DNA of 64,000 nt. It comes from Octopus sinensis. Its lineage: Eukaryota. The translations under genes were made by a program, and so were the position numbers. Shown piece after piece: positions 39,266-51,845 of the stretch (positions are counted from its first letter, which is position 1; each line of letters opens with the position of its first letter). The stretch is from assembly GCF_006345805.1 (NCBI RefSeq), contig NC_043004.1:24924001-24988000 (forward strand), in the 5' to 3' direction. The notes below the pieces were generated by a model. The model ran no database searches, was not told where the DNA came from, and saw nothing but the letters and a program-made list of their open reading frames with translations.

Positions 39266-41259
39266 TTGGTGACCCTATTTTTATATTGTGAATGAGATGG
39301 CTGGCTCTACAAGGTTGATAGGGACTACCTTTATGTAGACCATGAGTTCAAATTTACTGCAGATGTTTTGGTATTGAACAGAAGACTTTATTCTACATTA
39401 TCTCTTCATTTACCTTTCAGGAAAATGTTAAGCCAACAAAGGTCATATGCACCACACCAATTCCTTCTCTAAAAGAAAACAAATAAAATCTTACAAAGTT
39501 GCCTGTAATGGGTTGGCATTGCGTTTAGAAGTGAGGTTTATCTTTCATCTCTTGGTTAAAAATTAGCTCTCAAGAAGCCTCTAGATGCTTGGATACAATC
39601 TACATTACATTAATCTTATTCCTCCTATTGACTTCTTGGTTGATTGAGTATGAACTATGTCAAAGTTCAGTAATGTACCAATAATAGAGTTTAAATCAAT
39701 GATCCTTTGGTTTTTATCCTTTCACTCAATTCTTTTTTAGGCAATCATTTATGAATTTCAGCATATAAACTGAAACCCTAAACCAGCAATTTATAGTAAT
39801 TTTCAATCTACACCACACAGAACAAAGCACTGAAAATGTCACAAAACTATCAGCTTTTTAAAGTTGTAATATATAGAAAAGTGAGTATTAAAACTGTCTT
39901 AAAACAAAGAGTGGTGCATGCATTACACTTTGTTGGAAAAGAATGAACGTAGACCAGTGTGATGCATTAAAAACATTTGAGTTTTCAAATTAACCTGTCA
40001 TTTTTCATCTTGCTTTGAAAACAAACAGCACACTTGTGAATCATATACATCACACCTGTACTCTGCATATGGCATACTTATGGGCCATATCTTGGATATC
40101 TGGACTATATGCAGCACGTCTGTGGATCATATGTGGCATCTTTGCAGGCTAAATATGCCATGCCTATGGACCATATGTAGTTCACCTGTGGGAGATGTGT
40201 CACAGCTGTGTACCATGTGCCACAGCACAGTCATTGAAATCGGCTGCTTTATCTTGAAATTGTCTGTATTATCTACTTTTAAACTGCTGTTAAATAGACA
40301 AAACTTGTATTGTTGTTCAACCATCCATCCTCTCATCTATGATGACCCAAGGTTCAAACTCTGAACCTATGATTGTATTTACTTGGGTGTTCTTTGTTCT
40401 TCTTTTGCCAAAGAGTGCTTCCCTTGTCAGTACAATGAAATTTTTTCCCCAACAGGTGTCATCTGTTTACATTAGATGTTTCTGCTGCAAATAGCCGATG
40501 CTTCACTGCCTTTTATATTATGAAAAACATTGATCAGCTTGCAATCTGGTAATGTGATGTGACACATTAAAAAAATAAAATAGCATTGATTTCCTTGTCT
40601 GAAGCTGAGGTGGGGACTACTGTTTTCCTCTTCAGTATTGAAAAATACAAATGAACATCACTTTTTCTAAAATTATCACATGATTTAGTGTTAATTTCAA
40701 AAATCCTGTATACTTCTCTAGTTACTCTAAAATCTGGAACTTATAGTTAGACAATAATTTGCAGATGAAGCCTAATAAAGCAGAAACATATCTGGAGTTA
40801 TTACTTTATTACTAAAGGTAAGACTCTTATGTATTATATTTCAATTCCATAGATAGTCTCCCTTGTCTTTTCTGAAAAGGTGTAATCAATAACACTTTTG
40901 TCCAGTATACAACAGTTAGTCAATACTATAATGACTGGTTCTCATTGAAGGAATAATTTTAGTTAATTAATATTTCTTATCTCACTACACTGATTATGAT
41001 AGATTCAAGACCATTAATTAGTATGTGACGGCAAGTGAAGGCATGACTGTTGGCTGTGTGCTTAAGAAAATCACTTCCCAACCATGTGGTCTTGGGATCA
41101 ATTTCACCTTGAGCTAGTATCTTTTACTACAACCTGGGGCTGACTAAAGCCTTGTGAGTAAATTTAGTTGAGGGAACCTGAAAGAAGCCTGTCATATATA
41201 TATATACATACACAAACATACACATTAATATTTTATAAGCTTAAAGCTTATAAGTGATC

Positions 41260-41855
41260 ACCGTACATTGAATAAGGTAAATAGTCCAGGCTAAAGAAAG
41301 TCTTCACACATGTAAGGTGTTGTTATCTGTTTGGTGGGATATGAACGGTTTAGTCGACTTTGAACTTTTAAACTCAAATCAAGTGATAACAAATATCTAC
41401 TGCAAGCAGCTTGAGCGGCTTAAGTCAGAACTTGAAAAAACCCAACTATTTTTGGTTTCAAGAGGAAAGGTGTTCTGTGAGGATAATGCTTGGCCACATA
41501 CAGCGAAGATGACATTCCAAAGGCTGGAGCAGTTTGGATGGGAAACGATGCTCCACCCACCATATTCGCCGGACATTGCCCCATCTGTTCTACATTTATT
41601 CCATAGTCTTCAAAATCATTTGGATGGAAAAAATATGAATTCTGTAGATGAGGTAAGAACAGAACTGGAGGAATATTTTTCGTCATGGACAAGTGAACTT
41701 TGGAAGAGGGGCTTTGCAAGTTTACCAGATGGATGGAAGAGCATTGTAGTAAATGAAGGAGAGTATATTTTAGATTAAAAAAGAACTTTGTTTATCTTAA
41801 TTTTGAAAAATAAAGAAATATAAAAAAAAACCCACATTATTTATGGGATGACATA
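41260..41855 (+). mobile_element. 3' half of a mariner element
   Basis: LLSVWWD..G, EDNAWPHTA, HPPYSPDIAPS.LHLF.SLQNHL; 3' TIR cccacattatttatgggatgac. A same-family end lies at 1700-1790. Confidence 0.85.
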
Positions 41856-41929
41856 TTTAAATATATTTATAATGTGAGTGGCCAAATGAAAGAAGAAGGT
41901 ACTCAACTCATTTAATAAGAGTTACATGT

Positions 41930-42101
41930 ATTATTTAGAACAGTTTGATTTGGTTCCATGTGACTTAAAGTTTCATGGGCCTCTAACAAAAGCCTATCTC
42001 TTTCAGGCTTAGGTTACTGGATGGAGCTTGAAAAAGACGGGCTTCTGTTAGAGGCTCGCAACACTTTATCACATGGAGCTATATCAAACTGTTTTAAATA
42101 A

Positions 42102-42102
<1 letters not shown>
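41930..42102. repeat. 173-bp hairpin/foldback element
   Basis: attatttagaacagtttgat...gcctctaacaaaagcc / ggcttctgttagaggc...atcaaactgttttaaataat. Confidence 0.85.
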
Positions 42103-42141
<39 letters not shown>

Positions 42142-42146
42142 TACAC

Positions 42147-42366
42147 ATAAGGGGGTGCTGAAATTTCCTGGTTTTAAGTGTATTTCAGAAGGCCTGGTTG
42201 GAAGCCCCAACCTTCCGAATTTGTTTATAGGTCTTAGAAAATCTGAGTGACCACTGCAATGAGTGTGTGAATCTGAGAGGGGAATATGTTGAATAAAATC
42301 ATAATTAACTGATCCTCCTGTATTTTCTTTTGCCCAAATCCAGGAACTTTTTAGCACCCCCTCATA
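42147..42366. mobile_element. Short mariner-type MITE
   Basis: TIRs gggggtgctgaaatttcctgg / ccaggaactttttagcaccccc with TA flanks. Confidence 0.75.
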
Positions 42367-42596
42367 TGTATATATATATATATCCCTCTCTCTCTCTTTC
42401 GGAGAGGCACTGAGCAGCTATACGCACACATACACACACGGCAGTAACTTCCACCTACCGAATTCAATCACAAAGCTCCGGTTGGCTCGGGGCTATAGTG
42501 GAAGACACCTACCCAAAGTGCCCATGCAGTGGGACTGAACCCGAAACCATGTAGCTAGGAAGCAAGCTCCCTAACCACACAGCCATGGCCGCACCT

Positions 42597-42633
<37 letters not shown>

Positions 42634-42710
42634 AAATATGTGAAGTATTACTGTTAAGAACAGTAATAATTAGGTGGCTAGCAAGACTTCAACCTAAACA
42701 GGTATAAAAT

Positions 42711-43340
42711 ATTTAAAGGAAAGAAGGGTAAAGATACCACTTGCTACAAAAATTAAAGCGAAAGTTTCAAAATCACCAATTCTATGATAAATACATACAT
42801 GAGCAATCTAATGAATATTTTAAGAAATTGGCCTACCTTCAGGATGGAATTTCAAGGTAGTCTAATACATATCCCAATATCAATTGATTTCATGCTGTGC
42901 ATGAGAGACATGCTTTGCAATCCTCAGTTGGAGACTGTGTTTAACATCTATTTCTAAAATATTAATTACATCAACATGTGTGTGTTTCTATCTTTAAATG
43001 TCTTGTTCCGTTAAAAGAGAAAACTATCGTAAACAATATAAAAGTAAATATATGAAGTTAGAAACGCACACAAGTTGACGTAATGAATATTTTAGAAATA
43101 GATGTTAAATACTGTCTCCAACTGAGGATTACAAAGCATGTCTCTCATGCACAGTATGAAATCAATTGATATTGGGGTATGTATTAGACTACCTTGAAAT
43201 CCCATCCTGAAGGTAGGCCAATTTTAAAAATATTCATTACATTGCTTGTGTGTGTCTTTATCATAGAAATGGTGGTTATTTGAAGCTTTTGTTTTAATCT
43301 TTTACCAAGTGGTATCTTTATCCTTCTTTTCTTTATATAT
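42711..43340. repeat. ~630-bp foldback with ~280-bp arms
   Basis: ggcctaccttcaggatggaatttcaaggtagtctaatacat versus atgtattagactaccttgaaatcccatcctgaaggtaggcc; ~70-bp spacer. Confidence 0.9.
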
Positions 43341-44264
43341 ATATATATTTATTTATCTATGTGTATGTGTGTGCCTTTGTGTTTGTCCCAAACTACTGCT
43401 TGACAACTGGTGTTGGTTTGTTTACGTCTGGCCTAGCAGTTTAACAAAAGAGGGTGATAGAATAAGTACCAGGCTTAAAAAACAAGTACTGAGGTTGATT
43501 TGTTCAACTAAACCTTTCAAGGTGGTGCCCCAGTATGGCCACAGTCCAGTAACTGAAACAAGTAAAAGACAGAAGATAATAGATAATTTCTTTTCATTGA
43601 GAAATAATGAACCATTTCTGTGAATGCAACATTGTTGTTGAGGCTATTGATGTAAGAACAAATTTAACGGTTAAAATGATCATTTCATAGATACTGTTGC
43701 AGACGTATTGTTAATTCTTCTCTTATATATTATATACCAGAAGAAAAAAAAAAAGATTCAGGTAAGGTGAAGGTTGTATACTGGATCTTTCTCTCCAGTA
43801 TGATTATTTCACTGGATGTGTTTCATTGAGAACTTTATAGCAAGAGCTAATTTGCTTTGAATACTGCCAAAATATTATGAATTGTTTAATCTCAGTAGAT
43901 ACAATATAGCATAAACATCGAAGCTAGACATAGTTTTCCTAACCACTCTGCAAAGTGGTTGGCATTAGAAAGATATCCAGCCATAGAAACCATGCTACAA
44001 CAAACATTATGAGTCTGGGCAGCTCTGTGCCAAACTGTCCAACCCATTCCAGCATAGAAAGAAGACATGATGATGATGATGTGTGTGTGGTGTGTGTGTT
44101 TCTCTTTCCACACACACACACAAAACATTGGGTGTTTGGGCTAAATTTGATAATTTATATGAAAGGAAAAGGAAATAATATTCTAACCAGAAATTAAAGT
44201 ATTTTTAAAAAATCAAGAAATATCAACTAGATTATGGCTGCAAGAACAGTTTACTCAAAATAGC

Positions 44265-44800
44265 CATCCTCAGCTTCCATCACAGTCTCAAAATGGCTCC
44301 AGAACCTGGTACGTGCATTCCTCACTGTATCTTTGGGAAGATCTTTGAACACCTCTGATCTTGGTCACTAGTTTGGCTTTGGACTTGCAAGCAGAGTGGT
44401 TGTTGTCTTTCTCAACTACACCCAACACAGTAATTGATGGGATTACAGTCAGATGAATTAGAATGTCAGAAACTGGGGTTAGTGGAGTTGTAGAAATTCT
44501 CTGACAGCTACTTCTGACTCGTTCCAGAGGTGTGGCAAGGGGGCTGAATCCTGCTGTCGTATGTATAGCCTTCCAGTAGCAACCTCTTCAGCTGCTAGAC
44601 ACTGTTCTTACCACAGTGTCCAGCAGCTTCACATAGCTGAATTGAGCCTAAAGCCTGTTCAAAGATGTGGGATGGCATGATGTCACCCTTGCTAGAGACA
44701 CACCTAAAGACCATCGCAGTTTGGGGGAACTTAGTTTTCATGATGTTCATATAATGTCTTACAAGCATTACAGAGTTCACAGAGCATTGAGCAGCAGTCA
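44265..44800 (-). mobile_element. Decayed maT/DD37D transposase fragment
   Basis: MKTKFPQTAMVFRCVSSKGDIMPSHIF, GRLYIRQQDSAPCHTS, SSDCNPINY. Confidence 0.75.
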
Positions 44801-44904
44801 TGATGATACCCAGCATGAATCACCATGACACAGGTAATTCTCGCAAAATTCAGATGGTTTCCAGTCCTCTATGTCAGCTAACTTTATGCTCTTCAATACT
44901 TTAT

Positions 44905-46985
44905 TCTTTTACTTGTTTCAGTCATTTGACTGTGGCCATGCTGGAGCATCGCCTTTAGTTGAGCAAATTGACCCCAGGACTTATTCTTTGTAAGCCTAGT
45001 ACTTATTCTATCGACCATTTTTCCCAAACCGCTAAGTTACGGGGACGTAAACACACCACCAACAGTTGTCAAGCGATGTTGAGGGGACAGACACACACAT
45101 GTATATATATACACATATATATGACAGGCTTCTTTCAGTTTCCGTCTTCCAAATCCACTCACAAGGCTTTGGTCGGCCCGAGGCTATAGTAGAAGACACT
45201 TTGGCTTTGGACTGAACCCGGAACCATGTGGTTGGTAAGCAAGCTACTTACCACACAGTCACTCCTGCGCCTACTGTTAACTTTTCACCAATACATCAAG
45301 ATGTTCCTGAAAAAGGAGACAAAAAATCATTAAATTTAGCTGGAACACCTTCTGTATATAAAGTCAGATTGATAGCAAACAATGAATTTAAACACAAAAA
45401 AATTACAACTGGGACCACTGTTTTTCTAAATGTGTTTGCTACATCCTCTGTGTGTGTTTACATATAGTGAGAAATGTGTTGTTTTGGAGAGTTTTAAGTG
45501 AACAGATGCATATTGTACCCTGAATTTTAATATGTTTTGCATATTTGGGTTATGTTTGCTGCCACTTACTCTTACTCTTTACTCTTTTAATTGTTTCAGT
45601 CATTTTGACTGTGGCCATGCTGGAGCACCACCTTTAATTGAGCAACTCGACCCCGGGACTTATTCTTTGTAAGCCCAGTACTTATTCTATCGGTCTCTTT
45701 TGCTGAACCGCTAAGTGACGGAGACATAAACACACCAGCATCGGTTGTCAAGCAATGCTAGGGGGACAAACACAGACACACAAACACACACATATATATA
45801 TATATATACATATATACGACGGGCTTCTTTCAGTTTCCGTCTACCAAATCCACTCACAAGGCTTTGGTCGGCCTGAGGCTATAGTAGAAGACACTTGCCC
45901 AAGGTGCCACGCAGTGGGACTGAACCCGGAACCATGTGGTTGGTAAGCAAGCTACTTACCACACAGTCACTTCTGCGCCTACTGTTAACTTTTCACCAAT
46001 ACATCAAGATGTTCCTGAAAAAGGAGACAAAAAATCATTAAATTTAGCTGGAACACCTTCTGTATATAAAGTCAGATTGATAGCAAACAATGAATTTAAA
46101 CACAAAAAAATTACAACTGGGACCACTGTTTTTCTAAATGTGTTTGCTACATCCTCTGTGTGTGTTTACATATAGTGAGAAATGTGTTGTTTTGGAGAGT
46201 TTTAAGTGAACAGATGCATATTGTACCCTGAATTTTAATATGTTTTGCATATTTGGGTTATGTTTGCTGCCACTTACTCTTACTCTTTACTCTTTTAATT
46301 GTTTCAGTCATTTTGACTGTGGCCATGCTGGAGCACCACCTTTAATTGAGCAACTCGACCCCGGGACTTATTCTTTGTAAGCCCAGTACTTATTCTATCG
46401 GTCTCTTTTGCGAACCGCTAAGTGACGGAGACATAAACACACCAGCATCGGTTGTCAAGCAATGCTAGGGGGACAAACACAGACACACAAACACACACAT
46501 ATATATATATATATACATATATACGACGGGCTTCTTTCAGTTTCCGTCTACCAAATCCACTCACAAGGCTTTGGTCGGCCTGAGGCTATAGTAGAAGACA
46601 CTTGCCCAAGGTGCCACGCAGTGGGACTGAACCCGGAACCATGTGGTTGGTAAGCAAGCTACTTACCACACAGTCACTTCTGCGCCTACTGTTAACTTTT
46701 CACCAATACATCAAGATGTTCCTGAAAAAGGAGACAAAAAATCATTAAATTTAGCTGGAACACCTTCTGTATATAAAGTCAGATTGATAGCAAACAATGA
46801 ATTTAAACACAAAAAAAATTACAACTGGGACCACTGTTTTTCTAAATGTGTTTGCTACATCCTCTGTGTGTGTTTACATATAGTGAGAAATGTGTTGTTT
46901 TGGAGAGTTTTAAGTGAACAGATGCATATTGTACCCTGAATTTTAATATATGTTTTGCATATTTGGGTTATGTTTGCTGGCCACT
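44905..46985. repeat. Tandem triplication of [SINE A (minus) + ~295-bp unique segment], period ~707 bp
   Basis: Unique segments at ~45272, 45979 and 46686 are nearly identical. A diverged partial homolog lies at 47220-47370. Confidence 0.95.
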
Positions 46986-47135
46986 TAATCATTATTTTTG
47001 AAAGAGAATGATAACTTATTTGAATTTTGAATTTATATTTGCTCACTAATGTTCGTTTGGAAGTAGTAGGGCCTTCAGCTGAACAGACACACATGGACCG
47101 GTGAGTATGTTTTTGAAAATAGATGACATAGTAAG

Positions 47136-47195
47136 CCTTGCTGATGAGCTTTAAGTGTGTATTCGGCACAGAAAGCGAAATCAATTGATACTGGG
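47136..47195 (+). ncRNA. Type I hammerhead ribozyme (intact core)
   Basis: CUGAUGA (47141-47), stem II GCUUU/AAAGC, GAAA (47177-80), palindromic stem III UCAAUUGA, cleavage triplet AUA (47188-90), stem I CCUUG/CUGGG with one U.U mismatch. Confidence 0.75.
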
Positions 47196-49399
47196 ATATC
47201 TACCCTCCTCTTTGTAGTTTTACATATGGGATGACCTTCTTTTTAAATGTGTTTGCTACATTCTTCGTGTATGTTTATATATAGTGAGAGATGCGTGGTT
47301 TTGAAGAATTTTAACTCTTCTTTCAAGCAAACAGGTACATATTGTGCACTGACTTTTAATATATGTGTATGTATGCATGTTTGAATATGTATATGTGTGT
47401 ATAGCTTTGTATATAGGCTTGTGCAGTATACTCAAATTATTAAGTTTGCTTCATAACCATGAGGTCCCAGGTTCAATCCTACATTTTCACGTGTTAGGCA
47501 TATGTCATTTTCTATGGGCTCAGGTTGACCCATGACTTGTGAGTGAAATTTGGCAAACAAGAACTGGATAAAATCCTGTTAGGTGGATTGTACATGTAGT
47601 TCAAGAGGTACAACCTTGTTGCATGCTGTGCCATGCTGATTCTGCTAGGAATTACATTAGGGATACAAATGTTCAACTACTTACACATTAAACTCTTTTA
47701 AACCTGGGTCCCTGTGTCTAAATTTACCCTCTACTTGGGCTTCTAAGCAAAAAAATAAATAGTTGCATATGCAGCTGAAGAGTAAGAATTGCAGGCAAAC
47801 TAATGGATAGAATCAGAAAAAAATTCAGGAGAATAACGATAATAGGCCTATCTCTCAAACACTATTTGTTCACTGCATGAAAACTAATGGACAGAATACT
47901 CCCAAAATTCAGGAGAATTACAATGATAAGCCTATTTCTCAATTACCATATCTTTTCACCTGAATTACTACTTTCCTCATCTCTTTTACTAGTTTGATTG
48001 ACTGCATTACTCTGTTTTGCATAAGGGTAAACTCTTTGGCTGAAGTATCTTTAATAATTTCCTCACCCATAGAGTTTAGGCCTTGTTCAATCACCAGGCA
48101 GTGCTAGGTTTGTTACACATGCATTTTGTTGCAAAAAAAAAGAAAAGAAAAAATCCTTTTTTTCTTGTTTGATTAAAATACTAAAGTAAACAACAGCTAT
48201 TGAGAGTAACCATTATCAATGAGTCATAAAGAAGCTGTAACATGATTGGTTGTCTGTTTTTAGTTTCTTATCTTTTCCTATGTGCATTGTTCATTACTGC
48301 TTTAATTGGGAATCCAGTAGAAATCACATTTAGGCTATCCTCAATGTACTGGGAACATGGTGCAATTGGGTGAATGCAGGAAACTCATTGTTGAATGCTG
48401 GTGATTCAACACCATATATGGTAATCCAACACCAGATGAGGTAAGCTAGATATACGTGTGAAAGCAGTAGATTAGCTGAGTTGTTAGAGATTTGGATATT
48501 ATGGTTTGTTCTGGATCTGTGTGCACTGAGTTCAGACGTCACCAAGATTGACTTTATCTTCTTTTCTGGTTTGATAAACGAAGTACCATTCAAAGACAAG
48601 AGTAGATTGTTCTTTTGCCTCCTCCTCAGAATTGGCAGTTAATGATAAGATGATGTAAATAAACACTTGAAGGAAAGCATGGGAATAGACACTTTACTGT
48701 TCTTCCATAAAAATTCCAAGACAATCACTATGGTAACTTCCTCATCAAAGCGTTCCATTGTTATCCTGATGTTGTAAGGAAGAAAAATATATGCAAGTAT
48801 ATTTATGCATGTATGATTTATACTTATGTATATACGCAGGTGGGATTAGCAGACTAATATGTTTGTATTTGTTATATATACTGGAGTGTGAGTGTGTCCT
48901 CTCACATTGTTTTTTTCCTTTATTAACTTCAGTCTAACTACTTGACCTCACTTAACCTCACTTTAGTTATCTTTTGTGTCAAATGTTTAGTTTATTATTA
49001 TTTTATTATTTTTATATTTAGTTATATATCTTGAAAAGCATTTTAGCTGAGAGAGAAACATTTAATTTTTTATTTACTTAAAAGGATATATACTGTAAAA
49101 GGATATTTACAATTAATATTAAGGTCATTGTTACTGACATGGTTTGTGGCATTTTATCATTTCTGCCAATTGCTGACAGGATGAGGTGGAAGTGTGTGTG
49201 TGAAACAGTAGTACTTGTTATGAATCAAAAATACAGATCTTTCTACTGATAAGAAAGTATCTCCTTGACAGAATTAAATTGTTTCCTGACCATCCTGAGG
49301 AAGTGATCCTGTTATAAGCATAGTGAAGTTTTAACATACCTGATGCAATGAAATAACTTCAATTATTTAAGACACTTCTCTCTTGCATCAATAAATATA

Positions 49400-49770
49400 T
49401 ATCATCAGCATCATCATCATCATTTAACGTCCGCTTTCCATGCTAGCATGGGTTGGACGATTTGACTGAGGTCTGGCGAACCAGACTCCAATCTGATCTG
49501 GCAGAGTTTCTACAGCTGGATGCCCTTCCTAATGCCAACCACTCCGAGAGTTTAGTGTTTGCTTTTACGTGCCAGTTTGGTGGTACTGGCAACGGCCACG
49601 GCCAAATGGTGCTTTTTATGTGCCACCTGCACAGGAGCTAGTTCAGCAGCACTGGCAATGACCTTGCTTGAATATTTCACATGCCACCAGCACAAGTGCT
49701 AGTAAGGCAACGCAGTAACGATCACATTCGAATGGTGTGCTTAATGTGCCATCGGCACGAAGGCCAGTTT
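49400..49770 (-). mobile_element. RTE-tail-type interspersed repeat
   Basis: Minus-strand ggttggcattaggaagggcatccagctgtagaaac...gcatggaaagcggacgttaaatgatgatg. Fragments also at 1830-1975, 17820-17950, 18320-18495, 43940-44080 and 51130-51300. Confidence 0.65.
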
Positions 49771-51811
49771 GTTGCTCTGGCAACGATCTCACTCGTATGA
49801 TACTCTTAGCGCTCCACTATATATATATATATACATAATCTGCTAAGTGTCTTTATATTTAAACTTTCTTTTTATGTGAGTAACACTTAACTGTTTTGAA
49901 ACTGTTGAGTTTGATCCACTTTCTAAGATTTATTTTCTAAGATTTACTTTCTTTCGACACAATAATATTGCTCTTCATGGATTTTAGCAGTTAATTATAC
50001 TTGTATAGTATTATGGAAGTCATAAATATAATTTTCCTATTTCCCTGTTAATAAGAAAATTATATTTATGACTTGATCATTTCTATTTACCTCCTTATAT
50101 ACTTTTGTTATCAACTTTCATCGGTGTACCTTTTTGAACGATACCTCCGTCATTTGCTGTTCGGGTATTCTATTAGTTTAATACTAAAGAAGACAAGGGA
50201 GACAACTTTAAAAAAGCCCAACTTTTTCAGTGACTTGATACAGCAACCTCTGTTAAAGTTGTTAGTTGGTAATGCGATGAAGAGGGAATTACTTTGAAAT
50301 CTATAGTTTATGGAACACTGAAGATTATTGAACCACTGCAAATCATCCCTACTTAATCCTTTCTTAAAATTTCTAATGAAATACATAATTTGTTTCAATT
50401 AATTTTGAAAACAGCCAATAATTTAATATATTTATTTTTGTCATAAAACTGATGTCTGGTATATAATTTAACAAAATGGGTTTCTTTTTTGCTTAAAATT
50501 ATGGTAAAAGGTTTTAATGGGAAAATGAATCTTTTAAAACTTGGTTTTTTTTATGGTAACATTAGAGGTGTCTCAGCTGGGTTGATGTGAAAAGGATAGG
50601 TCATTCTATGATGAGGTAACAAAGAAATAAAAAAAATAAAAAAGAAACATAACAAAATCCCCCACAATTTATGAATGAAGAATCCAACTGTCTATTCTGA
50701 AAACTAACTTATCCCTATATGGCAAGGAAGGAAAATGAGAAGTTGAGGCATTCACACGTTTCTCAAGTTTATGGTGAAATGACTTCAGTTGGGAATTGAT
50801 GCTGTATGGTTCTCTCCTTACAGCATGCTTTTCTTGTAGGGTTTTTCAACAAATTGTAGAAACTGTAAACAGACCACCATTTCTATTTTCTTTCCAGCTA
50901 CTTCTACCCATTCTTATATAATGCATCTCTATTGCAAGACACCTGGGCTTGTTCTTGCATAACACCTGGCATAGAACCATTGCCCTTCCTCTCCCTCTCA
51001 AATTCTAATACTGCAATTTTGTTGAAAAGGCTTTTTCCTCTTTTCCCTGTTTTCCTTCTTCCAGTTTCTTTCATGTCCGGCAACTTCACTAGCACTGGTT
51101 GCATGAAAAAAAAAAAGAAGCAACCCGAACACTCAATAACATGATTGGCATTAGGATGGACATTCAGCTGTAGAAAACATGCCAAAGCTGACATTGGTGT
51201 TTGACATGGCCCTGTGGCTTGACAGATCCTGTCAAACCTTCTAGCCCATGCCAGTATAGAAAATGGACATTAAATGATGATGAAATATAGATGATGATGA
51301 GGATGTAAAATATATGAAAATTAACCTACACATTGAATATGATTAAAAGGAAGAAAAATTTTAGAATTTCCAAACCCTTGTTATTTTTGTTTACTTCACA
51401 CCCCAATCAGGATTAAAATCAAAATTGGTTGAAAAACCTGTTTCAGTTATTTAAGTTCTGGTAGACACACTATTTGCACTACTCCCTTGTTAATTGACTA
51501 AGTACCAGTCCTATTCCATTCTTCTTCACATCATCAACTCAACAAACAACCGCTAGTGACTTCTTTGACAAGGCACTACATACTGGTCATGGAATTTTCA
51601 TGGGAGAATTCAAAAACAGTCTCCCATAACCTTACATGACACCGTCTTGTCCCATAGATACAAACATGTTTGCTAAAGCTGCCGGAGAACTCAGAACATA
51701 AAGAGCTGGAACAAATGCCACAAGACGTATTGTCTGCCTATATGATTAGATCGATAGAATTGTTAGATCATTGCAATGATTTTAAGAAACAAAACCTCCC
51801 GTTACATATAC

Positions 51812-51845
<34 letters not shown>

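Larger units (their letters stand above)
36487..48440 (+). other. Candidate small exons of an unidentified + strand spliced transcript
   Basis: AG/GT-bounded blocks at 40456-40548, 40765-40817, 43741-43761, ~47070-47100 and 48334-48440, plus strong acceptors at 36486 and 38163. No coherent protein could be assembled. Confidence 0.25.

Noticed and set aside
38574-39468. Two minus-strand mini-exon candidates (39414-39468, 38574-38617) that join in phase
   Set aside because: The peptide is unrecognisable and ends in a stop at the exon edge. A phase match has a one-in-three chance, and no further exons were found.
45228-46939. Repeated ORFs MVGKQATYH...
   Set aside because: They start inside the antisense SINE head and recur only because of the tandem triplication.
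44905-46985. Repeat-spacer-like periodicity (CRISPR-like)
   Set aside because: The spacers are identical, the units are ~700 bp, the context is eukaryotic and there are no cas genes.
48330-48599. 89-aa minus-strand ORF
   Set aside because: No recognisable domain or convincing splice context.
50073-50398. Protein-like fragments (CDEEGITLKSIVYGTLKIIEPL)
   Set aside because: Stop density is what random AT-rich DNA would give, and no homolog was recognised.
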